Below, piece after piece: positions 52,163 to 61,018 of a stretch of 64,000 nucleotides of DNA (position 1 is its first letter; the number at the start of each line of letters is the position of its first letter). A model generated the notes under the pieces. That model was not told the DNA's origin and ran no database searches. It saw only the letters and a list, made by a program, of their open reading frames with translations. The translations under genes and the position numbers were made by a program. This DNA is from Puniceicoccales bacterium (GTDB taxonomy: Bacteria; Verrucomicrobiota; Verrucomicrobiia; Opitutales; JAIRKQ01), in assembly GCA_031266345.1 (NCBI GenBank), contig JAISBD010000007.1, positions 4,377-68,376 of the forward strand. Reading direction: 5' to 3'.

Positions 52163-53320
52163 CTATTTCGCTTCCACGCTGCCAAATAGCGGGAGGGAAG
52201 GGTCTTTTATGGGGAACACTACCGCGATTTTCGTGCCCAAACCCGGCTGACTTTGTATGGTCAAAATGGCGCCATGTTCACGCAAAATGCGCTCCACTAT
52301 CATGAGCCCAAGTCCGTTCCCTTGTTTTTTTGTAGAAAAGTATGGGCTGGCGATTTTTAGCATGTTTTCCTCGGAAATCCCCGAGCCATTATCGGCGAAC
52401 TCTAGGATGAGTTGAGTTGCATTTAATTTGCTGCTAATAAAGATGTTACCGTGACTTGGCAGCGCCTCCATCGAATTTTTTATGATGTTGAAAAATGCCT
52501 GTTTTAATTGTTGCTCATCGGCTAAAATTGGGGGCAGGGCGGAGAAATTTTTATGCACCGCAATGCCATTGTTAACCAGTTCCGGCGATAAGACTTGCAG
52601 CACGTGATCCACGATGGCCGCGATGTTTGTTGGCCGTAAAAACAACTTTTGCGGGCGAATCGCTTGCAAAAAATTTTTAATAATGCCATCCAAACGATTG
52701 ATCTCTTCTCCGCAGATGTCGATGGATTTTTGCAGCTGCTCCCGCTTGTCCGATGGGGTGATGTGATTGATTTGCTTGCCCATTAATTGCAGGCGTAACC
52801 AAATGGCATTCAATGGATTACCCAATTCATGCGCCACACCACTCGCCAGTAAATTGATGGTCGAGAAGCGCTCATTTTCAACCCGTTGCTCGATTATGTC
52901 ATTCGTTGCCGTCGCATCGCGGATGACAAGGATGAAAAAATCACCCCCGTGCTCCGTGGCGAGGCGCATGCCGCTCATGCTCAAAATTTTCTTGTGGGGA
53001 TATTTTATTTCTAACTCTTTGATAGCGAATGGGATATCCTTTTTGCATTTTGCCATGATTTGCTTCAAAAAAGACAAATCGGGAACATATTGCTCCAGAG
53101 CTTGCCGCTGGTCGGTGACCCCAAGGATTTCCTTGGCAGCGTTGTTGCTGTACTCAATTGTCCAAGAATTCGTGAGGATGAGGACGCCGTCATTCAACAG
53201 GTCAAACACCCTGTGGCAAACTTCTTGCTCGTGGTACAATCGCCGGATTAGTAGGTGTAACTCTCTGGCATCCAGCGCATTAAGTTTTTCGAAAAGTTTC
53301 TTAAATTTGTTTTCCTTCAT
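52163..53320 (-). CDS. Cytoplasmic PAS-domain sensor histidine kinase (AtoS/NtrB-like); no response regulator in the window
   Basis: 385 aa from MKENKFKK. PAS region, H-box GVAHELGNPLNAI, N-box FFNIIKNSMEAL, G1 DNGSGISEE, G2 GNGLGLMIVERI. The ORF-track start (53761) lies inside xerC/D and is rejected. Confidence 0.88.
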   Translation of the reverse strand: MKENKFKKLFEKLNALDARELHLLIRRLYHEQEVCHRVFDLLNDGVLILTNSWTIEYSNNAAKEILGVTDQRQALEQYVPDLSFLKQIMAKCKKDIPFAIKELEIKYPHKKILSMSGMRLATEHGGDFFILVIRDATATNDIIEQRVENERFSTINLLASGVAHELGNPLNAIWLRLQLMGKQINHITPSDKREQLQKSIDICGEEINRLDGIIKNFLQAIRPQKLFLRPTNIAAIVDHVLQVLSPELVNNGIAVHKNFSALPPILADEQQLKQAFFNIIKNSMEALPSHGNIFISSKLNATQLILEFADNGSGISEENMLKIASPYFSTKKQGNGLGLMIVERILREHGAILTIQSQPGLGTKIAVVFPIKDPSLPLFGSVEAK

Positions 53321-54237
53321 AGTGTGTCGCGCGGGTGAAACTGCCGATGCCCGCCAATCAAGCGCTGCCCATCGACGGCGGTGTAAATTTGAGTCGTGGC
53401 AATGTTTGCGTGGCCGAGCATTTCCTGTATCGCGCGCATATCGGCCCCATTTTCCAGCATATGTGTGGCGAAGGAATGGCGCAGGGAATGGGGCTTTACA
53501 CTTTTTGTGATGCCCGCCCGTTGCGCATATTTTTTGAGATGCAGCCAAAAAGTTTTTCGTGAGATTGTGCGGCCTCTTATGGTTATAAATAATTGGCTGC
53601 CAGTGAGATGTGAGATAAGCTTTGGCCGTGCAGAGGACAAATAGCTGCTGAGTTTTTCCACACCGGCGCGGCCGATTGGCACGATCCTTTCCCGGCTGCC
53701 CTTCCCATATATGCGCACAAATTTGTTCTCCAAATCGATGGCTTGTATGAGTAATTCGCACAGCTCGGAGACACGCAATCCGCTGCTGTACATGAGCTCG
53801 AGCATGGCGGCATCGCGAATCCCCAGCGTGCCTGTGCAGTCGGGGGCGCTCAGCAAAGCGTCGATTTCACTCAGCGAAAGGACATCTGGCAAAACCCGAT
53901 AGTAGTGGGGGCGCTGCAAGAAGAGCGCGACATTTTCCCCCACAATGTTGGTTTGTTTGCAAAATTTGAAGAATGACCTGACAGTCGATATTTTGCGTGA
54001 AATTGTGGCACTTGCTAAAAAATGGCAGGCAAGATTTTCCAACCAGCTGCGCAGGTGGCCCAGGGTGACGTCGCGCCAGTGGAGTACGCCGTGCCCATGC
54101 AGCATCTCAGCCAATTGCAGGAGGTCGCCCTCGTAGCTATCGGCGGTGTTATCGCTGTACCCGCGCTCCAGGTTGACGCTGACTAAAAAGGCATCGATTG
54201 GATCGCGCAAGGTGCCTGCCGTAGATTTTTCACTCAC
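53317..54237 (-). CDS. Tyrosine site-specific recombinase XerC/XerD
   Basis: 306 aa. SYEGDLLQL core-binding N-domain, GLRVSELCEL, HSLRHSFATHMLENGADMRAIQEMLGHANIATTQIYTAV (R..HxxR..H..Y). Confidence 0.9.
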   Translation of the reverse strand: MSEKSTAGTLRDPIDAFLVSVNLERGYSDNTADSYEGDLLQLAEMLHGHGVLHWRDVTLGHLRSWLENLACHFLASATISRKISTVRSFFKFCKQTNIVGENVALFLQRPHYYRVLPDVLSLSEIDALLSAPDCTGTLGIRDAAMLELMYSSGLRVSELCELLIQAIDLENKFVRIYGKGSRERIVPIGRAGVEKLSSYLSSARPKLISHLTGSQLFITIRGRTISRKTFWLHLKKYAQRAGITKSVKPHSLRHSFATHMLENGADMRAIQEMLGHANIATTQIYTAVDGQRLIGGHRQFHPRDTL

Positions 54238-55438
54238 TTTTCAATACCCGTATTTTTGCGTGAAAATTTTCTTGCAGCAGATTTTGCGTGGACTTTGGTA
54301 ATCGGCTACTTGTGGGCGTATTTTCTTTGGCATCAACAAATTGTGCACTTTGTTTGCGCAAAATTTGCAAAATGGAATCGATGGCCCTGCTCTGCGACTG
54401 CTCCGTCGCATGCAGCAGCGCAGATTCAAAATTTGTCCGCTCGTCGAACCCGGACTTTACGCCGTCCTTTGCGTAGTGTAGCGCTTCTAAAATTCTCACT
54501 TCCCGCTCGGGGAAAATTTCATTATTCGTTGATAATAAATGGGATAATTGCGAGTGAAGCCGGGATTCCAAGTCGCATAGCACGCGGTATAAGTCGCAAT
54601 TTGAATCGACTATTTCTTTGCACAGGGAGAGGATTTTTTCATAATTTCCGCTGCGCATGGCGCCAATAATGGCATCGAGTTTGGCGTCGGAAATGAGGCC
54701 GTAGGCGGATAGGATGTCCGATTCTTCGATTTTGTTTGCGCAAAAGGCGGCCATTTGGTCGAGTGTCGACTGCGCATCGCGCACGCCCCCATTTGCCAGG
54801 CGCACTATCAATTTTAGTGCATCATCCGAAATTTCTATGCCGTCCAAATCGGCGATTTCACGCAGTTTTCCGTGCAAAACTGCCCCATCAACGGGGCGGA
54901 AAGAAAAGCGCTGGCAACGGGATGTTATGGTGGGCAAAACTTTGTTTGCCTCCGTGGTTGCAAATATAAATTTGACGTGGGCGGGGGGCTCCTCGAGGGT
55001 CTTCAAAAGCGCGTTAAAAGCGGCATTGGAGAGCATGTGTACCTCGTCTATGATGTATATTTTATAGCGGCATTTGACCGGCGCGTACTGGCATTCTTCG
55101 CGCAAACTCCGGATTTGGTCGACGGAATTATTGGAAGCGCCGTCTATTTCGATGACATCTAGGCAACATCCTTGGGCGATTTCCGAGGCGGTTTCACCGT
55201 TCGCATCGAATGTGGCGGAGGGGCCATTTTCTGCATTTAGAGCCGTGGCGAACAGGCGTGCCGTCGTAGTTTTTCCAGTTCCGCGGGGACCAACAAATAG
55301 GTAAGCATGCGCTATCTTTCCCGTGTTTATCGCATTTTTAAGCGTGCGCACGATGTAACCTTGGCCGACTAGCTCGTCAAAAGTTTTCGGCCGCCACCGG
55401 CGCGCAATCACCCGATATTCGTAATTATCATTTACCAT
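54230..55438 (-). CDS. dnaX: DNA polymerase III subunit gamma/tau (short form)
   Basis: RRWRPKTFDELVGQ, HAYLFVGPRGTGKTTTARLFA, IYIIDEVHMLS, FIFATTE, SRCQRFSF. Confidence 0.92.
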   Translation of the reverse strand: MVNDNYEYRVIARRWRPKTFDELVGQGYIVRTLKNAINTGKIAHAYLFVGPRGTGKTTTARLFATALNAENGPSATFDANGETASEIAQGCCLDVIEIDGASNNSVDQIRSLREECQYAPVKCRYKIYIIDEVHMLSNAAFNALLKTLEEPPAHVKFIFATTEANKVLPTITSRCQRFSFRPVDGAVLHGKLREIADLDGIEISDDALKLIVRLANGGVRDAQSTLDQMAAFCANKIEESDILSAYGLISDAKLDAIIGAMRSGNYEKILSLCKEIVDSNCDLYRVLCDLESRLHSQLSHLLSTNNEIFPEREVRILEALHYAKDGVKSGFDERTNFESALLHATEQSQSRAIDSILQILRKQSAQFVDAKENTPTSSRLPKSTQNLLQENFHAKIRVLKSE

Positions 55439-55476
55439 GGCAAAACTTTAGAAGTGAAGCAGTTGAAGTAAAGCAG

Positions 55477-55878
55477 TTATTTGAAAGTCAGGATGAAAAA
55501 TGCGGAAATGACTACGTTCCACAGCGCGATGTAGACGGCGGCGCTGGCCGTATCTTTTGCTTTTTTGGCCAATTTGTGACGTCTCTTATCAGTTACGAGG
55601 TCAACGGTCGCCTCAATGGCGGTATTCAGGCATTCCGCGAGGAGTAGCACGAAAAAATCTACCGTTAAAAGTAGCAATTTCCATCCCCAGCCGAATACCA
55701 GAAAGCAGATGGGCCAGATGACGAGGCCGCACACAAATTCCGTTCGAAATGGGCGTTCGTGCCGCATAAAATTCATGCCACTTATGGAATAGCTCAGAGG
55801 ATTTATTATGTAGCGCCGTAATTTGATTAAAAATGAGAGAAATTTTTTATTTCTTTTCACGAAAGTTAACCTATACAT
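55477..55878 (-). CDS. dgkA: Diacylglycerol kinase (DgkA family)
   Basis: LAECLNTAIEATVDLV plus three TM helices and an N-terminal amphipathic RRYIINPLSYSISGMNFMRHERPFRTEF (= ...GYSWKGLRAAW.nEaAFRqE). Start uncertain (ATG at 55929, 55878 or 55776). 55776 would cut the conserved N-terminal helix. Confidence 0.8.
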   Translation of the reverse strand: MYRLTFVKRNKKFLSFLIKLRRYIINPLSYSISGMNFMRHERPFRTEFVCGLVIWPICFLVFGWGWKLLLLTVDFFVLLLAECLNTAIEATVDLVTDKRRHKLAKKAKDTASAAVYIALWNVVISAFFILTFK

Positions 55879-55886
55879 GGGTGCAA

Positions 55887-57839
55887 ATGAATGGAAGCTT
55901 AAATTGTTACCGGGGAAATTTAGGGCCACTTTTGCGTAAAATTTTTTGGCTGTTGGTGCTTTTTTTTCTGATTCGGGTGCTGTTTATTATATATAATTAC
56001 CATTTTTTTTCCGATGTGGCGTGGCGTGATACTTTGCATGCTTTCACTTTAGGATTGCGCGTGGATGGGTGTCTCACTTCGCTGATTTGTCTCCCGATGG
56101 TTATTTTATATCTTCTTCCAATTAATCGATTTAGGTTCGTGATATTTTGCGCTGACCTATGGTTTTTTGCGGCCTCTACGCTCGCCATTTTGGTGAATAT
56201 TTTCGACATTAAATATTTTCCTTTTACCATGCGGCGCCTTGGTGGCGAAATTTTTAGCCAAGGGGAGCTATTCAGGGAAGGTCTTGGGATATATTGGGGA
56301 GCTCTGCGCCTATATTGGCATTTGATTTTGTGTGCGCTAATTTTAGTGAGCTTCGCCTGGGTAATATCTTTCAAAATCACGGCAAAACATGCTGCCGTTG
56401 AAAAAGTTAGGGGCGGCATGGGCAGCCACTTAATATTTTTTCTAGCCCTAGCTCTGACAATTGTTGGGATCCGCGGTGGCTTTCAAGGGCTACCCCTTAA
56501 AACGACGCATCTGCCAACTCTTTTGGGCAGTGGTAAAACTCAGTTTATCGCCAACAATTCCTGCTTAAATGTCATTCAAACGAGGAAAAAAACGGCCATT
56601 CCGAGCTTTCAATTCTTCCCCAGCGAAGCCGAATTGGAAAAAAAGTTTAATCCCATGCGCGGCAGCAAAAATTTTGGAACAATGCATGGGAAATTTGCTG
56701 GGAAAAATGTCGTTGTGCTGATCCTCGAGAGCTTCACTGCGCAAAATATCGGTTTCTTAGACCGGGAATATAAAAATCAGCCAGGCCGCACATTTACGCC
56801 ATTTCTGGATGAGTTGCTAGCAAAAAGTTTGTGCTTCGACGGTTTTTCCAACGGACTTACGTCGATCGATGGCTTCACTTCGGTGGCAATGGGCATACCT
56901 CCACTACTCGGGGGACCGTTTGTGAAGGGGGCATTTACCTTTAATAAAATTGAATCCCTGCCCAAAATCGCTGGCAAAATGGGCTATGCCACATTGTTTC
57001 TCTATGGCGGAAAAAAGAATTCATGTAATTTTGATTCCGTTCGCGTGTACGCTGGCATCGAAAAATATATATTCAAACGCGATTTTTTTAGGCGATATCC
57101 GCACATGAAAGGAACGGAAGTGAGCAATGAGTGGGGTGTGGATGATGAAGAATGGCTGCAATTTGTAGCCGAGTGTTTGAGCGAGACACGGTCTCCATTT
57201 TGCGCGATTATTTTTACGCTGTCGTCGCACTATCCCTTTAAAATTCCGAAAAAACATGGGGGAAAATTTCCCGCGGGTGAGCACCCCTTGCAGGAAGTGA
57301 CGGCTTACTCCGATTTTGCTCTCAGGCGATTTTTCGAATCGGCGCAGCGGACTGATTGGTACAAGGATACGATCTTCGTGCTGGTTGCCGACCACACCTC
57401 TTCCCCCACCGAGCGATACTATCAAAAAAGTTTGGGTGGCTATTCCATTCCACTCGCAATTTTTGATCCTAGCGGCACATTGAGCGGGAAAAGTGAATTG
57501 GTGGCCCAACAAATAGATATCATGCCGACAATTTTGGACCTGATCGGCTATGATGGGCAATTTTTTTCCTTTGGCTGCAGCTTGTTCGAGAAAGATGGGC
57601 CGCGTTTTGCGGTGAGCTATAAAAATGGGCTATATCAAATAATAACGGACAAATACGTGTTGCAATTTGATGGCAAAATCACCATTGGGTTTTACTTGCG
57701 CTCCGACTTTTTATTGGATCATAACTTAGTGCATTCTTTTGAATATGAAGAAGATAGGAAATGTACTGAATCGTTTTTAAAAGCATTTTTGCAGCAGTAC
57801 AGCCATAGCCTACGCATGAATCGCATGACCTGCGAGTAA
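55887..57839 (+). CDS. LtaS/phosphoglycerol-transferase-like membrane sulfatase-superfamily enzyme
   Basis: ~5 N-terminal TM helices, then an alkaline-phosphatase-superfamily domain (VVVLILESFTAQNIG, LADHTSSP-type motif VLVADHTS, IDIMPTILDL). The start is taken at MNGSL. The ORF-track ATG at 55833 would overlap dgkA. Confidence 0.75.
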   Translation: MNGSLNCYRGNLGPLLRKIFWLLVLFFLIRVLFIIYNYHFFSDVAWRDTLHAFTLGLRVDGCLTSLICLPMVILYLLPINRFRFVIFCADLWFFAASTLAILVNIFDIKYFPFTMRRLGGEIFSQGELFREGLGIYWGALRLYWHLILCALILVSFAWVISFKITAKHAAVEKVRGGMGSHLIFFLALALTIVGIRGGFQGLPLKTTHLPTLLGSGKTQFIANNSCLNVIQTRKKTAIPSFQFFPSEAELEKKFNPMRGSKNFGTMHGKFAGKNVVVLILESFTAQNIGFLDREYKNQPGRTFTPFLDELLAKSLCFDGFSNGLTSIDGFTSVAMGIPPLLGGPFVKGAFTFNKIESLPKIAGKMGYATLFLYGGKKNSCNFDSVRVYAGIEKYIFKRDFFRRYPHMKGTEVSNEWGVDDEEWLQFVAECLSETRSPFCAIIFTLSSHYPFKIPKKHGGKFPAGEHPLQEVTAYSDFALRRFFESAQRTDWYKDTIFVLVADHTSSPTERYYQKSLGGYSIPLAIFDPSGTLSGKSELVAQQIDIMPTILDLIGYDGQFFSFGCSLFEKDGPRFAVSYKNGLYQIITDKYVLQFDGKITIGFYLRSDFLLDHNLVHSFEYEEDRKCTESFLKAFLQQYSHSLRMNRMTCE

Positions 57840-57882
57840 CAATTGTTTGGCAAAATGGCACCGCTTTGCCATCATCGGGCCC

Positions 57883-59103
57883 ATGAAATTTAGATATAAG
57901 GGTTTAAATTCGGGTGGATTGGTTGTGCGCGGTGAAATGGAAGCCGACTCTCGCAAGGGTGCGATGCAGACATTGGCGAACGGTGGCATAGCCGTTTTAT
58001 TACTGCGTGAAGTATCTACCGATGCGCCATTTAAGTTAAATATTTTCAAACGCGACGACCGCGTGAAGTTTTCTGATATTGAAATGGGTCATTTTCTAAG
58101 AAAATTGGCCGATTTGTGCTGCGGTGGATTGCTCCTCGCCGATGCCCTCGAGTCGCTATGCAGCAACACATCCTCTGGCAAAGAGCGAACCCTAAGCGAG
58201 CGCATTTTGGCTCACTTAAGGGACGGGAATAGTTTTGCGCAGGCGCTTAAGAAATGCTGCAACTTTTTCGAGGATAGCACGTTAAGCATATTGGAGTTAG
58301 GTGATTTAACGGGCAAGCTTTCCCAGGCGCTGTGCAATGTGGTGAATCTGTTGCAGCGAAAAATTGAGACCAAAAAGCGCTTCATTGCGGCTTTAAGCTA
58401 TCCATTTTTTATCTGCTGCGTGGCATTTGTCGTAATTTTACTTTTCCTATTTTATTTGATGCCGCGGATGGAGTCGATGCTGCGAGGTTTTGGTGGCCAA
58501 TTGCCACCGTCAGCGCATATTTTGATGAATTTTTCGCGATTTTTGGCGCACTATTTCCCAATTTTGCTGCTACTAGCTGCGATTGCGGCCACGTTGGTTC
58601 GCTACTTCTATCGCTTTGATAAGTACCGGCTGATTTTTGATAGAATTCTCCTTCAATTACCCGTTTGGGGCCGCCTAAATGCGCTATTTACCCGTGCCCG
58701 CCTTTCCAATACGCTGGCGAGCTTAATGGCTGGGGGCGTGGCAACTTCAGAGGCGATCGGCATGGCGGTCGATTCGATTTCCAATGCTTTTTTCAAAAAA
58801 AATTACATCAAAGCGTGCGACGCTATCTTGGATGGGGCGACACTCGCTTCGGCCTTTAGGATGCACAAAATTTTTGACGGTTCCGCGGCGGATATTATCG
58901 CAGTCGGGGAAAAAACTGGAGGCATAGCCGCGCAACTCTTCTCCCTTGCGGCAATGTACGATGAGCAATTGAACAATTTTTTGAGAAAATTAATCGCCGC
59001 CATCTCTTCGGCAGCACTATTGTTTGCCTTTGCAATCGTCGCAATTTTGGCCCTGAGCCTTGTTTCAACCGTTTTAAATTTCAGCGCGAAGCTGGCGCAT
59101 TAG
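57883..59103 (+). CDS. gspF: Type II secretion inner-membrane platform protein GspF
   Basis: MKFRYKGLNSGGLVVRGEMEADSRKGAMQTLANGGIAVL is the typical GspF/PilC start. Two T2SF repeats with 3 TM helices. The ATG at 57847 adds 12 residues. Confidence 0.88.
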   Translation: MKFRYKGLNSGGLVVRGEMEADSRKGAMQTLANGGIAVLLLREVSTDAPFKLNIFKRDDRVKFSDIEMGHFLRKLADLCCGGLLLADALESLCSNTSSGKERTLSERILAHLRDGNSFAQALKKCCNFFEDSTLSILELGDLTGKLSQALCNVVNLLQRKIETKKRFIAALSYPFFICCVAFVVILLFLFYLMPRMESMLRGFGGQLPPSAHILMNFSRFLAHYFPILLLLAAIAATLVRYFYRFDKYRLIFDRILLQLPVWGRLNALFTRARLSNTLASLMAGGVATSEAIGMAVDSISNAFFKKNYIKACDAILDGATLASAFRMHKIFDGSAADIIAVGEKTGGIAAQLFSLAAMYDEQLNNFLRKLIAAISSAALLFAFAIVAILALSLVSTVLNFSAKLAH

Positions 59104-59151
59104 CACCATGCCTAGGAATTTATATCTTTGCCGAGTTAGCCCGGGAAAACC

Positions 59152-61014
59152 CTATGAATTCTTTGGCTTTTTCGCCTCGGAAAAATTGGAATAATTTAGG
59201 ATTTTTGCGGCTATGGCGGCGGGGTCCAGGCTGTAAGTTTCACGCAAAATCTCCTCGCTGGAGCCGTGCTCGATAAAATTATCCGGCCAACCGATGCGGA
59301 CTAGCTTCACCGAGATGCTATTGTCACAGTAAAATTCCGCAACGCTGCTCCCGAATCCACCCGCTAAAACATTGTCTTCGAGGGTGGCAATTGTGCCATA
59401 TTTTACGGCAATGTCGCGCAGCATTTGCTCATCCAATGGCTTAATGAAGCGCGCATTGACGATTCCACACCGCCCGCCCAGCTTCCCGTCAACTTGGTGG
59501 GCAATGTCGATGAAATGCCCCAGCGCAATTAGGCATGTGCCTTCCCCATGCTTGATGATTTCCGAGCGGCCAAACGCGACTTCCGAGCCGAGTACCTGGG
59601 TATCGTAGGTGTATGTGCTATTATATCTGATAAAAACAGGGGCGGTGTACCCTAGCGCCGCACGCAACATGGCGCACAGCTCCCCTGAATTTTTTGGCTG
59701 CATGATCACTGCGTTTGGTAAGCAGCGAAGGTAGCTGATGTCAAACAAGCCGTGGTGCGTCGGACCATCGTTGGCTGCTAAACCAGCCCGATCCAGGCAG
59801 AATATGGCATGGAGATTTTGCAGGCAGATATCATGGGCGATTTGGTCGAAGGCGCGCTGCATAAAAGTGGAATATATTGCGCAAATCGGCACCATGCCAC
59901 CCTTCGCCAGGCCGGCGCACATTGTAACGGCGTGTTCCTCCGCGATGCCGACGTCAACGCATTGCTCGGGCAAGGTGTCTCCCAGATGAGACAGTCCCGT
60001 GCCGCTGGCCATGGCGGCGGTGATGCCGATGATTTTTTTATTGGCTCGGGCGAGCTCGACGACCGTCTGCCCCAGAGCATCTTTCATGGATGTCCCCTGC
60101 TTTGCGACGGTGGGACCGACCCTGTGGAAAGATTTTGGATTTGCGGTAGCTTGGGGATTTCCCTTGCCCTTTGTCGTTTTGACGTGGAGCAAGATTGGGG
60201 AATCCGCGTTCCGGCAGAGCCTCAAATATTCCTCCAATTGCGCCAAATTATGGCCGTCCACCGGCCCGATGTAGCGCATACCATAGTGCTCAAAAAGCGA
60301 TGATGGCAGGAGCAAATCTTTCAGCGCGAGCTTTAGTTTGCGGCAGATTCGCCAAAGCTTCAGTCCCACCTTATTTCTAGTCAACACCTTGCCAATGCCT
60401 CGCATGGTGCGCTTATATAGCTGACTTAGGATGATTTTATTGAGGTAGGTAGCCATGGCGCCGATGTTGCGGTCGATGGAATAATCGTTATCGTTGAGGA
60501 TAACAAGCAACTGGCGGACATCGGCGGCGATGCTATTTAGAGCCTCCATGGTCGGGCCACAGGCCAGTGCACCGTCACCGAGGATGACAACGATTTTGTG
60601 CCGCTGATTGAGGTGGTTGCGTGCCTTGCACAGGCCCAGTGCGGTGGACAGTGCGGTGCCGGCATGGCCCACGCAAAGCATGTCATGCTCGCTTTCATTG
60701 GGGTTGTAAAAACCCGAATATCCGCCCGTCTGGCGGATGTTGAAGAACCGTTCATCGTTGCGTCCCGTCAGTAGCTTGTGGACGTAGGACTGGTGGGAAA
60801 CGTCGAATAGGATTTTATCCCGCGGCGAGTCGAAGATCCGGTGGACGGCCATGGTTAATTCGACCACTCCGAGGTTGGAGGCCAAATGCCCGCCATTCTT
60901 GTAACTCACTTCGATGAGTATGCGGCGAATATCTTCCGCAAGTGCGGTGAGCTCGCCCTGGGTCAATGGGCGCAAGTCATTGGGATTGTGTATGTTATCG
61001 AGGGGAGATTCCAT
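59152..61014 (-). CDS. dxs: 1-deoxy-D-xylulose-5-phosphate synthase
   Basis: LDNIHNPNDLRPL, GHLASNLGVVELT, GHAGTALSTALG, ILGDGALACGPTMEALN (TPP motif), IAEEHAVT. The start at 61014 avoids overlap with the upstream protease gene. Confidence 0.94.
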   Translation of the reverse strand: MESPLDNIHNPNDLRPLTQGELTALAEDIRRILIEVSYKNGGHLASNLGVVELTMAVHRIFDSPRDKILFDVSHQSYVHKLLTGRNDERFFNIRQTGGYSGFYNPNESEHDMLCVGHAGTALSTALGLCKARNHLNQRHKIVVILGDGALACGPTMEALNSIAADVRQLLVILNDNDYSIDRNIGAMATYLNKIILSQLYKRTMRGIGKVLTRNKVGLKLWRICRKLKLALKDLLLPSSLFEHYGMRYIGPVDGHNLAQLEEYLRLCRNADSPILLHVKTTKGKGNPQATANPKSFHRVGPTVAKQGTSMKDALGQTVVELARANKKIIGITAAMASGTGLSHLGDTLPEQCVDVGIAEEHAVTMCAGLAKGGMVPICAIYSTFMQRAFDQIAHDICLQNLHAIFCLDRAGLAANDGPTHHGLFDISYLRCLPNAVIMQPKNSGELCAMLRAALGYTAPVFIRYNSTYTYDTQVLGSEVAFGRSEIIKHGEGTCLIALGHFIDIAHQVDGKLGGRCGIVNARFIKPLDEQMLRDIAVKYGTIATLEDNVLAGGFGSSVAEFYCDNSISVKLVRIGWPDNFIEHGSSEEILRETYSLDPAAIAAKILNYSNFSEAKKPKNS

Positions 61015-61018
61015 GGAG

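Noticed and set aside
53321-53761. N-terminal 147 codons of the ORF-track 532-aa histidine-kinase ORF
   Set aside because: This segment lies wholly inside the xerC/D coding region in another frame. Its translation is Arg/His/Cys-rich junk. The conserved kinase begins at MKENKF (53320) with an ATGA overlap to the recombinase stop.
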